Source: Devosia salina (lineage in GTDB: Bacteria; Pseudomonadota; Alphaproteobacteria; Rhizobiales; Devosiaceae). From it: a DNA stretch of 32,000 nucleotides. The notes below the pieces were generated by a model. It was given only the letters and a program-made list of their open reading frames with translations, made no database searches and was not told where the DNA came from. The stretch spans positions 1,634,884-1,666,883 of the forward strand of contig NZ_CP080590.1 of assembly GCF_019504385.1 (NCBI RefSeq), read 5' to 3'. Below, one piece after another: positions 11,465-19,402 of the stretch. A program made the translations under genes and the position numbers. Within the stretch, counting starts at the first letter, position 1; every line of letters starts with the position of its first letter.

Positions 11465-11493
11465 CCTTTCTGATTTCACTGGAGGAATGGCAG

Positions 11494-12756
11494 ATGCATC
11501 CGTTTGGCAGGCGCACATTGCGCGGTTTCGCTGTAACACTGGCCCTGTCGGTCGCGCCGGTCGCTGCCCTCGCGCAGGCCCCGGACCCTGCGGCCGTGCT
11601 CGACAACTATGCGGACCTGGCTTTCTCGGGTTATGAAGACGCCTTGATCACCGCCAAGGCGCTCGATGCCGCCATCGATGCGCTGATTGCCGACCCCAGC
11701 GAGGCAACGCTGGCGGCCGCCCGCGAGGCCTGGAAGGCAGCGCGCCTGCCATATCAGCAGACGGAAGCCTTCCGCTTCGGCAATCCGATCGTCGACGAGT
11801 GGGAGGGGCGCGTGAACGCCTGGCCGCTGGACGAGGGGCTGATCGACTATGTCGCGGCCAGCTACGGCACGGAAAGTGACAGCAACGCGCTCTACGTGGC
11901 CAATGTCATTGCCAATCCTCTCATCACCATCGACGGCAACGAGGTCGACGCCACCAACATCACTCCCGCACTGCTTCAGGATGCATTGCAGGAAGCAGCC
12001 GGCGTCGAGTCCAACGTTGCCACTGGCTATCACGCTATCGAATTCCTGCTCTGGGGCCAGGACCTCAACGGTACCGGGCCGGGTGCGGGCGAAAGGCCCT
12101 ACACGGACTATTCCACTGCCGAGCATGCCGATCGCCGTGCAGCTTACCTCAAATCCGCGTCGAGCCTTCTGGTGAGCGACCTCGAAGAAATGGTGACCAA
12201 TTGGGACGAGGACGGCGCAGCGCGCGCAGCGCTTCCGGACCTTGGGATTTCGGCCATTCTGACCGGCATGGGCTCGCTCAGCTTTGGTGAACTGGCCGGT
12301 GAGCGGATGAAGCTCGGTCTCCTGCTCCATGACCCGGAGGAGGAGCATGACTGCTTCTCGGACAACACGCACATCTCGCATCTCGAGGATGCCCGCGGCG
12401 TTCAGAACGTCTATCTGGGCAGCTATCGCCGCATCGACGGTTCGGTGGTCGAGGGCCCCTCCATCTCCGATGTGATTGCGGCAAGGGATGCCGCGCTCGA
12501 TAGCGAAATCAAGGCGCTGCTCGAAGACACCATGGTCAAGATGCAGGCCATGGCCGATCGCGCCGAGGCCGGAGAGGCCTATGACCAGCAGATCGGCGAG
12601 GGCAATGACGAAGGCAATGCGGTGGTACAGGCCGCCATTAATGGCCTCATCGCCCAGACGCGCGGCATCGAGCGCGCCGTCGCCCTGCTCGATCTGCAAG
12701 ACGTCTCCATCGAGGACAGCGACTCGCTGTCCAATCCGGACGCTGTGTTCGAATAG
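11494..12756 (+). CDS. Imelysin-family (Peptidase_M75 / IrpA-like) periplasmic protein
   Basis: Start ATG 11494, preceded by GGAGGA at 11481-86; the track ORF begins upstream at 11449. Signal peptide MHPFGRRTLRGFAVTLALSVAPVAALAQA. Conserved imelysin GxHxxE motif (GYHAIEFLLWGQD) with His codon at 12031-33 and Glu at 12040-42. First gene of the characteristic four-gene cluster. Confidence 0.8.
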   Translation: MHPFGRRTLRGFAVTLALSVAPVAALAQAPDPAAVLDNYADLAFSGYEDALITAKALDAAIDALIADPSEATLAAAREAWKAARLPYQQTEAFRFGNPIVDEWEGRVNAWPLDEGLIDYVAASYGTESDSNALYVANVIANPLITIDGNEVDATNITPALLQDALQEAAGVESNVATGYHAIEFLLWGQDLNGTGPGAGERPYTDYSTAEHADRRAAYLKSASSLLVSDLEEMVTNWDEDGAARAALPDLGISAILTGMGSLSFGELAGERMKLGLLLHDPEEEHDCFSDNTHISHLEDARGVQNVYLGSYRRIDGSVVEGPSISDVIAARDAALDSEIKALLEDTMVKMQAMADRAEAGEAYDQQIGEGNDEGNAVVQAAINGLIAQTRGIERAVALLDLQDVSIEDSDSLSNPDAVFE

Positions 12757-12817
12757 GATGATCTGCTAAGTCCCGCCCGGGCTATCTGGCCCGGGTCGGC
12801 AATTACCTGGAATTCGA

Positions 12818-14329
12818 ATGCAACTCCGCCTCACATTCGCGCTGATTGCGCTGCTCGGCAGCGGCCTTGTCCTGGCACAGGATGGCATCGGTCGCACGGA
12901 CCTCAGTGCTGAAGAGCTGGCACGCGTGCGGGCCGTGACCGCCCCGACGACCGACTTCTCCAAGGCGGAGGCCTTCGAAACCAATCCCGCCGGCAAGGGC
13001 ACGACCCGCTTTTCGGTCAACCAGGATTCGTTCAGCCACTTCCTCGACAATCTGAGTTTCGAGCAGGAAGAGCGATTCAAGCTCGGCAACGCCCTGTTCC
13101 GCAAGATCTGGGTCAGTTCGCCCAGTTCCACCCAGGCGTCCGACGGGCTGGGGCCGCTATTCAATGCGCGCGGGTGCCAGAGCTGCCACATCAAGGACGG
13201 CCGTGGCCATCCGCCTTTTGAGGGGCAGGCGGAGAACGTCTCGATGTTCCTGCGTCTCTCGGTGCCGCCCAGCGAGCCCGATACGCGCGACGCGCTTGAT
13301 GGCGTGTTTGCCGGAGAGGTGGGCGACCCCACCTATGGCACGCAATTGCAGGACTTTGCCGTCCCGGGCCTTCCGGCCGAGGGGCGCATGGTGATCGACT
13401 ATGCCGACCTGCCGGTGACCCTGGGCGATGGCGAGATCGTCACGCTGCGCGCGCCGACCTATTCGGTTGCCGATCTCGCTTATGGCCCATTGTCCGAAAA
13501 TGTCATGCTCTCGCCGCGGATGGCCAATCCGATGATCGGCCTCGGTCTGGTCGAACAGATCCCGGCCGAGGATATTTTGGCACTGGCCGATCCCGACGAC
13601 AGGGACGGGGACGGCATTTCCGGCCGGCCCAACTGGACCATTGCCCCCGAAACGCACACGGTCGCGCTTGGACGTTTCGGCTGGAAGGCCGGTATGGCCA
13701 GCGTGCGCAGCCAATCGGCCGGCGCCTTTGCCGGTGACATCGGTATTTCGACGCCCCTGGTGGACCATCCCCATGGTGACTGCACCGACAACCAGCCCGA
13801 TTGCCTGGCCCTGCCGACAGGCGAGCAGGCGCGCCTGGGCCCCAGCGAAGCGCCGGACCCGGTGCTCGACCTGGTGACCTTCTATGCCCAGACCCTGGGC
13901 GTGCCGGAGCGCCGCAATGTGGACGACCCGGCCGTGCTGGTCGGCAAGCAGGGCTTCTACGAGGCCGGATGCGCCAGCTGCCACGTGCCCAAATTCGTGA
14001 CCAGCAAGGCCGCCGACAATCCGGCCCTGCGTTTCCAACTGATCTGGCCCTATTCTGACTTCCTCTTGCACGATATGGGTGAGGGCCTGGCCGATCACCG
14101 TCCCGAGGGGCAGGCAGATGGCTATGAATGGCGCACGCCGCCGCTTTGGGGGATCGGGCTGACCCAGACCGTGTCCGGACACAGCTTCTTTCTCCACGAT
14201 GGCCGCGCGCGCAACCTGACCGAGGCCATTCTCTGGCACGGCGGCGAAGCGCAAGCGGCGCGCGATGCCTTCGCTACCATGAGCGCGGACCAGAGGGCGG
14301 ACCTGCTGACGTTTCTGGAGTCACTGTGA
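12818..14329 (+). CDS. Di-haem cytochrome c / peroxidase-like oxidoreductase (DUF1111 family)
   Basis: 503 aa with signal peptide MQLRLTFALIALLGSGLVLAQD. Two CxxCH haem-binding motifs: CQSCH (13175-13189) and CASCH (13970-13984). Conserved tail RTPPLWGIG...LHDGRA...AILWHGGEA is typical of DUF1111 proteins. Confidence 0.85.
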   Translation: MQLRLTFALIALLGSGLVLAQDGIGRTDLSAEELARVRAVTAPTTDFSKAEAFETNPAGKGTTRFSVNQDSFSHFLDNLSFEQEERFKLGNALFRKIWVSSPSSTQASDGLGPLFNARGCQSCHIKDGRGHPPFEGQAENVSMFLRLSVPPSEPDTRDALDGVFAGEVGDPTYGTQLQDFAVPGLPAEGRMVIDYADLPVTLGDGEIVTLRAPTYSVADLAYGPLSENVMLSPRMANPMIGLGLVEQIPAEDILALADPDDRDGDGISGRPNWTIAPETHTVALGRFGWKAGMASVRSQSAGAFAGDIGISTPLVDHPHGDCTDNQPDCLALPTGEQARLGPSEAPDPVLDLVTFYAQTLGVPERRNVDDPAVLVGKQGFYEAGCASCHVPKFVTSKAADNPALRFQLIWPYSDFLLHDMGEGLADHRPEGQADGYEWRTPPLWGIGLTQTVSGHSFFLHDGRARNLTEAILWHGGEAQAARDAFATMSADQRADLLTFLESL

Positions 14330-15384
14330 TGCGAGTTTTGCTCCCAGTACTGGCCGTTCTCTGCCTGGCTACACCGGCGACGGCGCAGATCGTCACGCCA
14401 TCAGAGATATTGCGCTCCAGCGTCAGCAACGTCATTCGTCCCCAGGTGAAGGCTTTCGCAGACAGCGGAACGGATATGGCGGCAGGCATATCGGGTCTAT
14501 GCGCCGAGCCCGGCAGCGACCGCCTCGTGGAAGCCAGGGACGCCTTCACAGACGTGGCCACGGCCTATGGACGCATGGAGTTCTTCCGCCTTGGTCCTCT
14601 GCTTGAGGACAACCGCGCGGACCGGATCCTGTTCTGGCCCGACCGGCGCAGCATTGGTCTCAAGCAGGTGCAGGAAAGCCTGGCTGAACAGGATGCTGAT
14701 GCGACCGATCCAGCCGGCCTCTATGCCAAGAGCGTGGCCGTGCAGGGCCTGGGCGCGCTCGAATTCGTTTTATTCGGCACCGGCTCGGAGACGCTGTCCG
14801 GTGCCGAAGGCGCCTTCCGTTGCGCCTATGGCCGTGCCATCGCCGACAATCTGGCGCTGATCGGCGCCGATATCGTCACCGCCTGGGACGATCCGGACGG
14901 AATCGCCGGCCATCTGATGCAACCCGATGCGAGCTACGCGGACTATCGGACCGAGACCGAATCGCTCGAGGCACTGGTGGGGCTGGTGGCGCATGGCGTG
15001 GAAGCGATACGGGATAGCCGGGTCAATCCGTTCATCGCCGGGGACGACGGCAGGGCCAGCCCGAAACTGGCGCTGTTCTGGCGGTCGAACCAGACCATCC
15101 CCATGCTCCGCGCCAATCTGGATGGGCTGCGCCAGCTCGTGACCTATTCCGGCGTGGTTGCCGATGCCGCCCTGGCCGCGCAGATCAATGCCGCCTTCGA
15201 TCGGGCCGAAGTGGCTCTGGACACAGTCACCGCGCCCGTGGAAGAGGCGGTCACCGACCCCATCCAGGCCGCGGCCCTTGCTGATTTCGTCGAGGCTACC
15301 CGGCAATTGCAGGCCCTGATCGGTGAGGACTTGTCGGCCACGCTGGGTCTCAGTGTCGGGTTTTCCTCGCTCGACGGAGATTGA
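14329..15384 (+). CDS. Imelysin-like protein, second paralogue (lacks the motif His)
   Basis: ATG 14329 overlaps the upstream TGA by 1 nt. Signal peptide MRVLLPVLAVLCLATPATAQ. The imelysin motif position reads GLGALEFVLFG, so His is replaced by Gly (14752-54) while Glu is retained (14761-63). The track ORF start at 14128 is an upstream extension. Confidence 0.7.
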   Translation: MRVLLPVLAVLCLATPATAQIVTPSEILRSSVSNVIRPQVKAFADSGTDMAAGISGLCAEPGSDRLVEARDAFTDVATAYGRMEFFRLGPLLEDNRADRILFWPDRRSIGLKQVQESLAEQDADATDPAGLYAKSVAVQGLGALEFVLFGTGSETLSGAEGAFRCAYGRAIADNLALIGADIVTAWDDPDGIAGHLMQPDASYADYRTETESLEALVGLVAHGVEAIRDSRVNPFIAGDDGRASPKLALFWRSNQTIPMLRANLDGLRQLVTYSGVVADAALAAQINAAFDRAEVALDTVTAPVEEAVTDPIQAAALADFVEATRQLQALIGEDLSATLGLSVGFSSLDGD

Positions 15385-15386
15385 TC

Positions 15387-16478
15387 ATGTGGCAGCGCCG
15401 AGCCTTCCTCAAGTCTGCCGGGGCCGGGTTTCTGGCCGGTTTGCTGCCGGGGCAGGTGCTGGCGCTTGAACGCAATGACCTCGTTTTCGCCAGTGCCGTG
15501 CAGACTGCTGCTGGGTCGTATGGTGCGGTGCTCATGGGCGAGCGCGGTGACGTCATCTCCACGATCGAGTTGCCGGACCGGGGGCACGACATCACCATCA
15601 GCCGCGAGGCGGGCAGGGGGGTGGTGTTCGCGCGCCAGCCCGGCACGTTTGCACTGGTGTTCGATCCGGATGGACGCGAAGCGCCACAGACCCTGACCAG
15701 CATCGCGGGCCGGCACTTTTTCGGTCACGGCGTGTTTTCGCCCGATGGAAGGCTGCTCTATGCCACCGAAAGCGACTTCGAGGCCGCCCGGGGCGTGATC
15801 GGCATCTATGACGCAACCGATGGCTATCGGCGCATCGGGGAGTTTCCAACCTACGGGACCGGTCCGCACGAGGTGCTGCTGATGCCCGACGGCGTGACCT
15901 TCGTGGTCGCCAATGGGGGCATCGAGACCCATCCCGACTATGGCCGCACTGAACTCAACCTTGAGACCATGGATCCTTCGGTGGCGTTCATCGACCGGCG
16001 AGACGGACATCTTGTCGGCCAGCTCCGGCTCGATCCCGGCCTGCACCAGCTCTCCATCCGCCACATGGCCATCGATGGGCAATCGCGGGTGTGGTTCGGC
16101 TGCCAGTACAAGGGCGCGCCAAGCAACAATCCGCAACTGGTCGGTTACGCGACCCTTGATGGAGACATCCGGCTGATAGAACTGCCACCCGAGACGCTGG
16201 GCGATTTGCGCAACTATGTCGGTTCGGTCGCGGCCTCCGCGGATGGCGACATGATTGCCGTCTCGTCACCGCAGGGCGACCTGCTGGTGGCTATCGACAC
16301 GCAGAGCCGCAGGCCGGTGCTGGTGGAGACCCTGCGCAATGGCTGCGGGCTGGCGGCCGACAAGGCCGGCTTCGTCGCGACCAGCGGCATGGGGGAGATG
16401 ATAGGCCTTGCCGGCGCGGAGCGGACAGCGCGCCGCTTCGACTTCCAGTTCGACAACCACCTCCTGCGCCTCGGCTGA
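15387..16478 (+). CDS. DUF1513-family periplasmic protein (beta-propeller-like), Tat-exported
   Basis: ATG 15387; TTG 15381, overlapping the upstream stop, is the alternative. Textbook twin-arginine signal MWQRRAFLKSAGAGFLAGLLPGQVLA. About 360 aa, fourth gene of the imelysin/DUF1111/imelysin/DUF1513 arrangement. Confidence 0.75.
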   Translation: MWQRRAFLKSAGAGFLAGLLPGQVLALERNDLVFASAVQTAAGSYGAVLMGERGDVISTIELPDRGHDITISREAGRGVVFARQPGTFALVFDPDGREAPQTLTSIAGRHFFGHGVFSPDGRLLYATESDFEAARGVIGIYDATDGYRRIGEFPTYGTGPHEVLLMPDGVTFVVANGGIETHPDYGRTELNLETMDPSVAFIDRRDGHLVGQLRLDPGLHQLSIRHMAIDGQSRVWFGCQYKGAPSNNPQLVGYATLDGDIRLIELPPETLGDLRNYVGSVAASADGDMIAVSSPQGDLLVAIDTQSRRPVLVETLRNGCGLAADKAGFVATSGMGEMIGLAGAERTARRFDFQFDNHLLRLG

Positions 16479-16487
16479 CCGTGCCCG

Positions 16488-16527
16488 ACGCGGAGTTCAT
16501 AACGCCGTGAGCGGCGTGCGTCCGCGT
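16488..16527 (+). terminator. Compound hairpin downstream of the imelysin-cluster operon (possible terminator)
   Basis: Outer stem ACGCGGA (16488-94) / TCCGCGT (16521-27) encloses inner stem ACGCCG-tgag-CGGCGT (16502-17). It is followed by aacTTTggg, a poor U-tract, so the terminator call is tentative. Confidence 0.4.
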
Positions 16528-16584
16528 AACTTTGGGCGCATGATGACCGTATATGCTGTCAGATGACCAGCATGAGGTTTCCCA

Positions 16585-17328
16585 ATGTCCTTCGGCCGCA
16601 ACACCGCATTTCCTCGCACCGCCACGCTGGCGCGCCGTGAAGTCCTTTTCGGACTGGCTGCACTGACGGCGCTGGCTCCGCTTGGCGTCCGCATGGCCGC
16701 CGCCCAGGAGGCTCCCGTTGTCATCCCGGCGCCGGCCGAGGACCTTGTCGAATCCGGTAACACCGCGATTGCCGTATTCGCCGGCGGCTGCTTCTGGGGC
16801 GTGCAGGGCGTGTTTCAACGCGTCAAAGGCGTCACCAACGCAGTCTCCGGCTATTCCGGCGGCGACGCCAAGACAGCCACCTACGACCAGACCAGCCGGG
16901 GTGATACCGGCCATGCCGAAACCGTCGAGATCACCTACGATCCGGCCCAGGTCAGCTTCGGCAAGCTGCTCCAGATCTATTTCTCGGTCGCCCACAACCC
17001 GACCCAACTCAACTACCAGGGCCCCGACCACGGCACCCAGTATCGCTCGACGATATTCGTGCGCTCGCCCGAGCAGGAAGCGGTGGCCCGCGCCTATATC
17101 AAGCAACTCGATGCGACCGGTCTTTTCGAAGGCCCGATCGTAACGACGCTCGAGCCGTTCGAGGCCTTCTACCCGGCCGAGCAGTACCACCAGGACTTCC
17201 TGACCCTCAATCCGGACTGGCCCTATATACGGGTGCATGACCTGCCCAAGATTGCCGCTCTGGAGCAGATTTTCCCCGACCAGTACCGGGCCGAACCGGT
17301 GCTGGTGGGTATGCTGCCGTCCACCTGA
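16585..17328 (+). CDS. msrA: Peptide-methionine (S)-S-oxide reductase MsrA with N-terminal export signal
   Basis: 247 aa. Catalytic motif GGCFWGVQGVF, GHAETVEI, YQGPDHGTQYRS and PAEQYHQDF are all classic MsrA blocks. The N-terminal ~40 aa (..TATLARREVLFGLAALTALAPLGVRMAAAQE) looks like a Tat/Sec signal peptide. Confidence 0.95.
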   Translation: MSFGRNTAFPRTATLARREVLFGLAALTALAPLGVRMAAAQEAPVVIPAPAEDLVESGNTAIAVFAGGCFWGVQGVFQRVKGVTNAVSGYSGGDAKTATYDQTSRGDTGHAETVEITYDPAQVSFGKLLQIYFSVAHNPTQLNYQGPDHGTQYRSTIFVRSPEQEAVARAYIKQLDATGLFEGPIVTTLEPFEAFYPAEQYHQDFLTLNPDWPYIRVHDLPKIAALEQIFPDQYRAEPVLVGMLPST

Positions 17329-17555
17329 GCGACGAATGTGGCCCCCGCGCAACACTCGCACGGCGCCGCATTTCGGCCCTCTGATGGACGGGTTTTGGCC
17401 AGCAAAGGCCAGCAAAACCGGGCTTGTGGCAGCCCGCGACAGCTTCGGATTCGCTCCGGAAATGGCGTGGTCTGCCGCCGTAAACCGTCTCGGAACCGCC
17501 TCTGGAAGGGGGACGTTTCGGGTTCATCGGATGGTTCAGTACAAGGAAGACAGCG

Positions 17556-18107
17556 ATGCGTATCGCAGAAACTATCGCCCTTGCAGCCTTTGTCAGTGCC
17601 GCTTCAGCGGGTGCGGCCATGGCTGCCGACCTCATCACCGTTCCCACCTCGACGCAGGCGGAACTGCCCGTGGTCGACACGCCCGGCTTTGACTGGAACG
17701 GTTTCTATGCCGGGGTGCACGGCACCGCCCAGAACGGTTCGGCCAGCGGCCTGCAATACGGGCTGGGGGTGCAGGCGGGCGTCAATGCCCAGTTCGACTT
17801 CTACCTGCTCGGTGCTGAAGTCGCGGTTTCGGGCCTGGCTGACAATGGCACCGTGGGCGAAACCTCCTATGGCCAGATTCTCGGTCGGGCGGGCCTTGTC
17901 GTGTCGGACAATGTGGCGATCTACGCCGCTGGCGGCTATGGCATCGACCTGGGCGTGCCGGACGAACAGGATGCCCTACTTGGCGGCGGCGTCGAACTGG
18001 CCGTCACCGACAATGTTTCGGTCCGGGCCCAGTACCTGCATGGCTTCCCGATCGAGGGTGGCAATACCAAGGATCAGCTTACCGTGGGCGCCAGCTACCA
18101 CTTCTGA
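17556..18107 (+). CDS. Small outer-membrane beta-barrel protein (Omp25/Omp31/RopB-like porin family)
   Basis: 183 aa with signal peptide MRIAETIALAAFVSAASAGAAMA. Alternating Gly/aromatic beta-strand pattern (WNGFYAGVHG, LGVQAGVNAQF, AIYAAGGYG, GGGVELAVTDNVSVRAQY) and C-terminal ..GASYHF ending in Phe. Confidence 0.8.
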   Translation: MRIAETIALAAFVSAASAGAAMAADLITVPTSTQAELPVVDTPGFDWNGFYAGVHGTAQNGSASGLQYGLGVQAGVNAQFDFYLLGAEVAVSGLADNGTVGETSYGQILGRAGLVVSDNVAIYAAGGYGIDLGVPDEQDALLGGGVELAVTDNVSVRAQYLHGFPIEGGNTKDQLTVGASYHF

Positions 18108-18133
18108 TTCTCTCATCGCCACGGCAATTTAAG

Positions 18134-18164
18134 ATCGGCCCCGCGTCACCGGCGCGGGGCCGAT
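18134..18164 (+). terminator. Rho-independent terminator after the first OMP gene
   Basis: 12-bp GC-rich stem ATCGGCCCCGCG (18134-45) / CGCGGGGCCGAT (18153-64) with a 7-nt loop, followed by tgcgTTTg. Confidence 0.7.
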
Positions 18165-18429
18165 TGCGTTTGAGGCGAAACTGTGGCAACCAGATGGCGT
18201 TTCGACCAATGGTTCGCCACAATTGGGACACGGGATCGCGTGTTCTGGGGCGACTTGAGGGCAATTGTATCAAATTGAACCAATTCCGGTGTGTTCATGC
18301 AACACCTGCCCGGAAATGGTCATTGAATCTTATCCGCATTGCCCAATTTGGGCGTTGATACCCTTGTCAGCCGCCTGCCTGTCAGGCATCTATCGGTCGA
18401 CTACGGTTAACTCTATGGGAGTGCAAGAC

Positions 18430-19020
18430 ATGTTTGTACGTTCTCTGGCCATTGGCGTTTCCGCCGCGGCTCTCATGGTTGGCGGCGCCCACGCTGCTGA
18501 CCTCATCATCCCGACCACTCCGGAGCCGATCTACGCTCCTGCCGGTTTCGACTGGGAAGGTCTCTATATCGGTGCCCGTCTCGGCGGTCAGTTCGTCGGT
18601 GCTGACACCTACGCTGCCGGCAATGTCACCCCCAGCACCACCTATGGTGTCGTCGGTGCTGCCGTCGGTGTGAACTTCATCCCGATGGACCCGGTCCTGC
18701 TCGGCGTTGAAGTCACCGCTGACTACATGTGGAACACCACCGCTGCCGTGACTTCCTCGGGCGAGTTCTTCGCCAACCTGCGCGCCGGTGCCATCGTCAC
18801 CGACAACGCCATGATCTACGCCCTGGGCGGCGTGGGCTTCAACAACACCACTGCTGGTTCGACCGGTGTCTACCAGCTCGGTGGCGGTGTTGAATTCGCT
18901 GTCAACGACGTCGTCACCGTTCGCGGTGAAGTTGTTGGCCAGGGCGATTTCGACTCGGCCGGTGCTGACACCTTCTTCGAGGCCACCAAGGCCACCGTCG
19001 GCGTCTTCTACCACTTCTAA
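18430..19020 (+). CDS. Small outer-membrane beta-barrel protein, paralogue of 17556-18107
   Basis: Start ATG 18430 with GGGAG 8 nt upstream; the track ORF begins at 18265 but its first 55 aa are not protein-like. Signal peptide MFVRSLAIGVSAAALMVGGAHA. The mature N-terminus ADLIIPT parallels ADLITVPT of the neighbour. Same WEGLYIG / GGVGF / GGGVEFAV blocks and C-terminal VGVFYHF. Confidence 0.8.
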   Translation: MFVRSLAIGVSAAALMVGGAHAADLIIPTTPEPIYAPAGFDWEGLYIGARLGGQFVGADTYAAGNVTPSTTYGVVGAAVGVNFIPMDPVLLGVEVTADYMWNTTAAVTSSGEFFANLRAGAIVTDNAMIYALGGVGFNNTTAGSTGVYQLGGGVEFAVNDVVTVRGEVVGQGDFDSAGADTFFEATKATVGVFYHF

Positions 19021-19077
19021 GTTTGTAGGGCGCGGGGCGGTCTCTGCCCCGTTGCCAGCAATCTTGCAACCCATCTC

Positions 19078-19115
19078 GGCGGACCGATTCCATCGGTCCG
19101 CCGTTTTGGTTTTTG
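19078..19115 (+). terminator. Strong rho-independent terminator after the second OMP gene
   Basis: 11-bp stem GGCGGACCGAT / ATCGGTCCGCC with a 3-nt loop, followed by gTTTTggTTTTT. A weaker hairpin (CGGGGC-N7-GCCCCG, 19033-19051) precedes it. Confidence 0.85.
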
Positions 19116-19402
19116 AGTCGCTTTTCCCTGGGTCTGCTCTTGCGGTGAAAGAAGGTGCGTGCCACCGAACGCGCTTTTTCTGCAAATGAACCCTCGAAAA
19201 AGTGCCACTCAAGGGCATGGCATGCCTGGAATTCACCCACAATTTACATGACTGTTCTGATCATATTTTCTTTCCCTTGAAACGTTTGGGGGGAAGGTCT
19301 AAGCCGTTCCGCATCGCTGGCGCTTCGGCTCGGTTGCCCCAATTGCATCGCAGCCCAGGCGCTTATCGGCCGCCCTGGCCGGACTGAACATTAGGCTGTC
19401 GC

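Noticed and set aside
12773-12799. Hairpin CCCGGGC-tatctg-GCCCGGG between imelysin 1 and the di-haem gene, as a possible terminator
   Set aside because: There is no U-tract, and it lies inside an obviously co-transcribed four-gene cluster. At most it is an mRNA-stabilising or attenuating stem, which is too weak to report as a feature.
18164-19387. Intergenic small ORFs 18164-18358 (+, 64 aa) and 19202-19387 (+, 61 aa)
   Set aside because: They are Cys/Arg/His-rich and irregular in composition, with no RBS. They sit in promoter or leader regions of the OMP gene and nuoA, so they are most likely non-coding.
19116-19402. Attempt to call the nuo promoter (for example CTTGAA ... near 19277) and an Irr/ICE box upstream of nuoA
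   Set aside because: There are only weak hexamer resemblances and no convincing -35/-10 pair or TTTAGAA-N3-TTCTAAA-like palindrome. This is not supportable without transcription start data.
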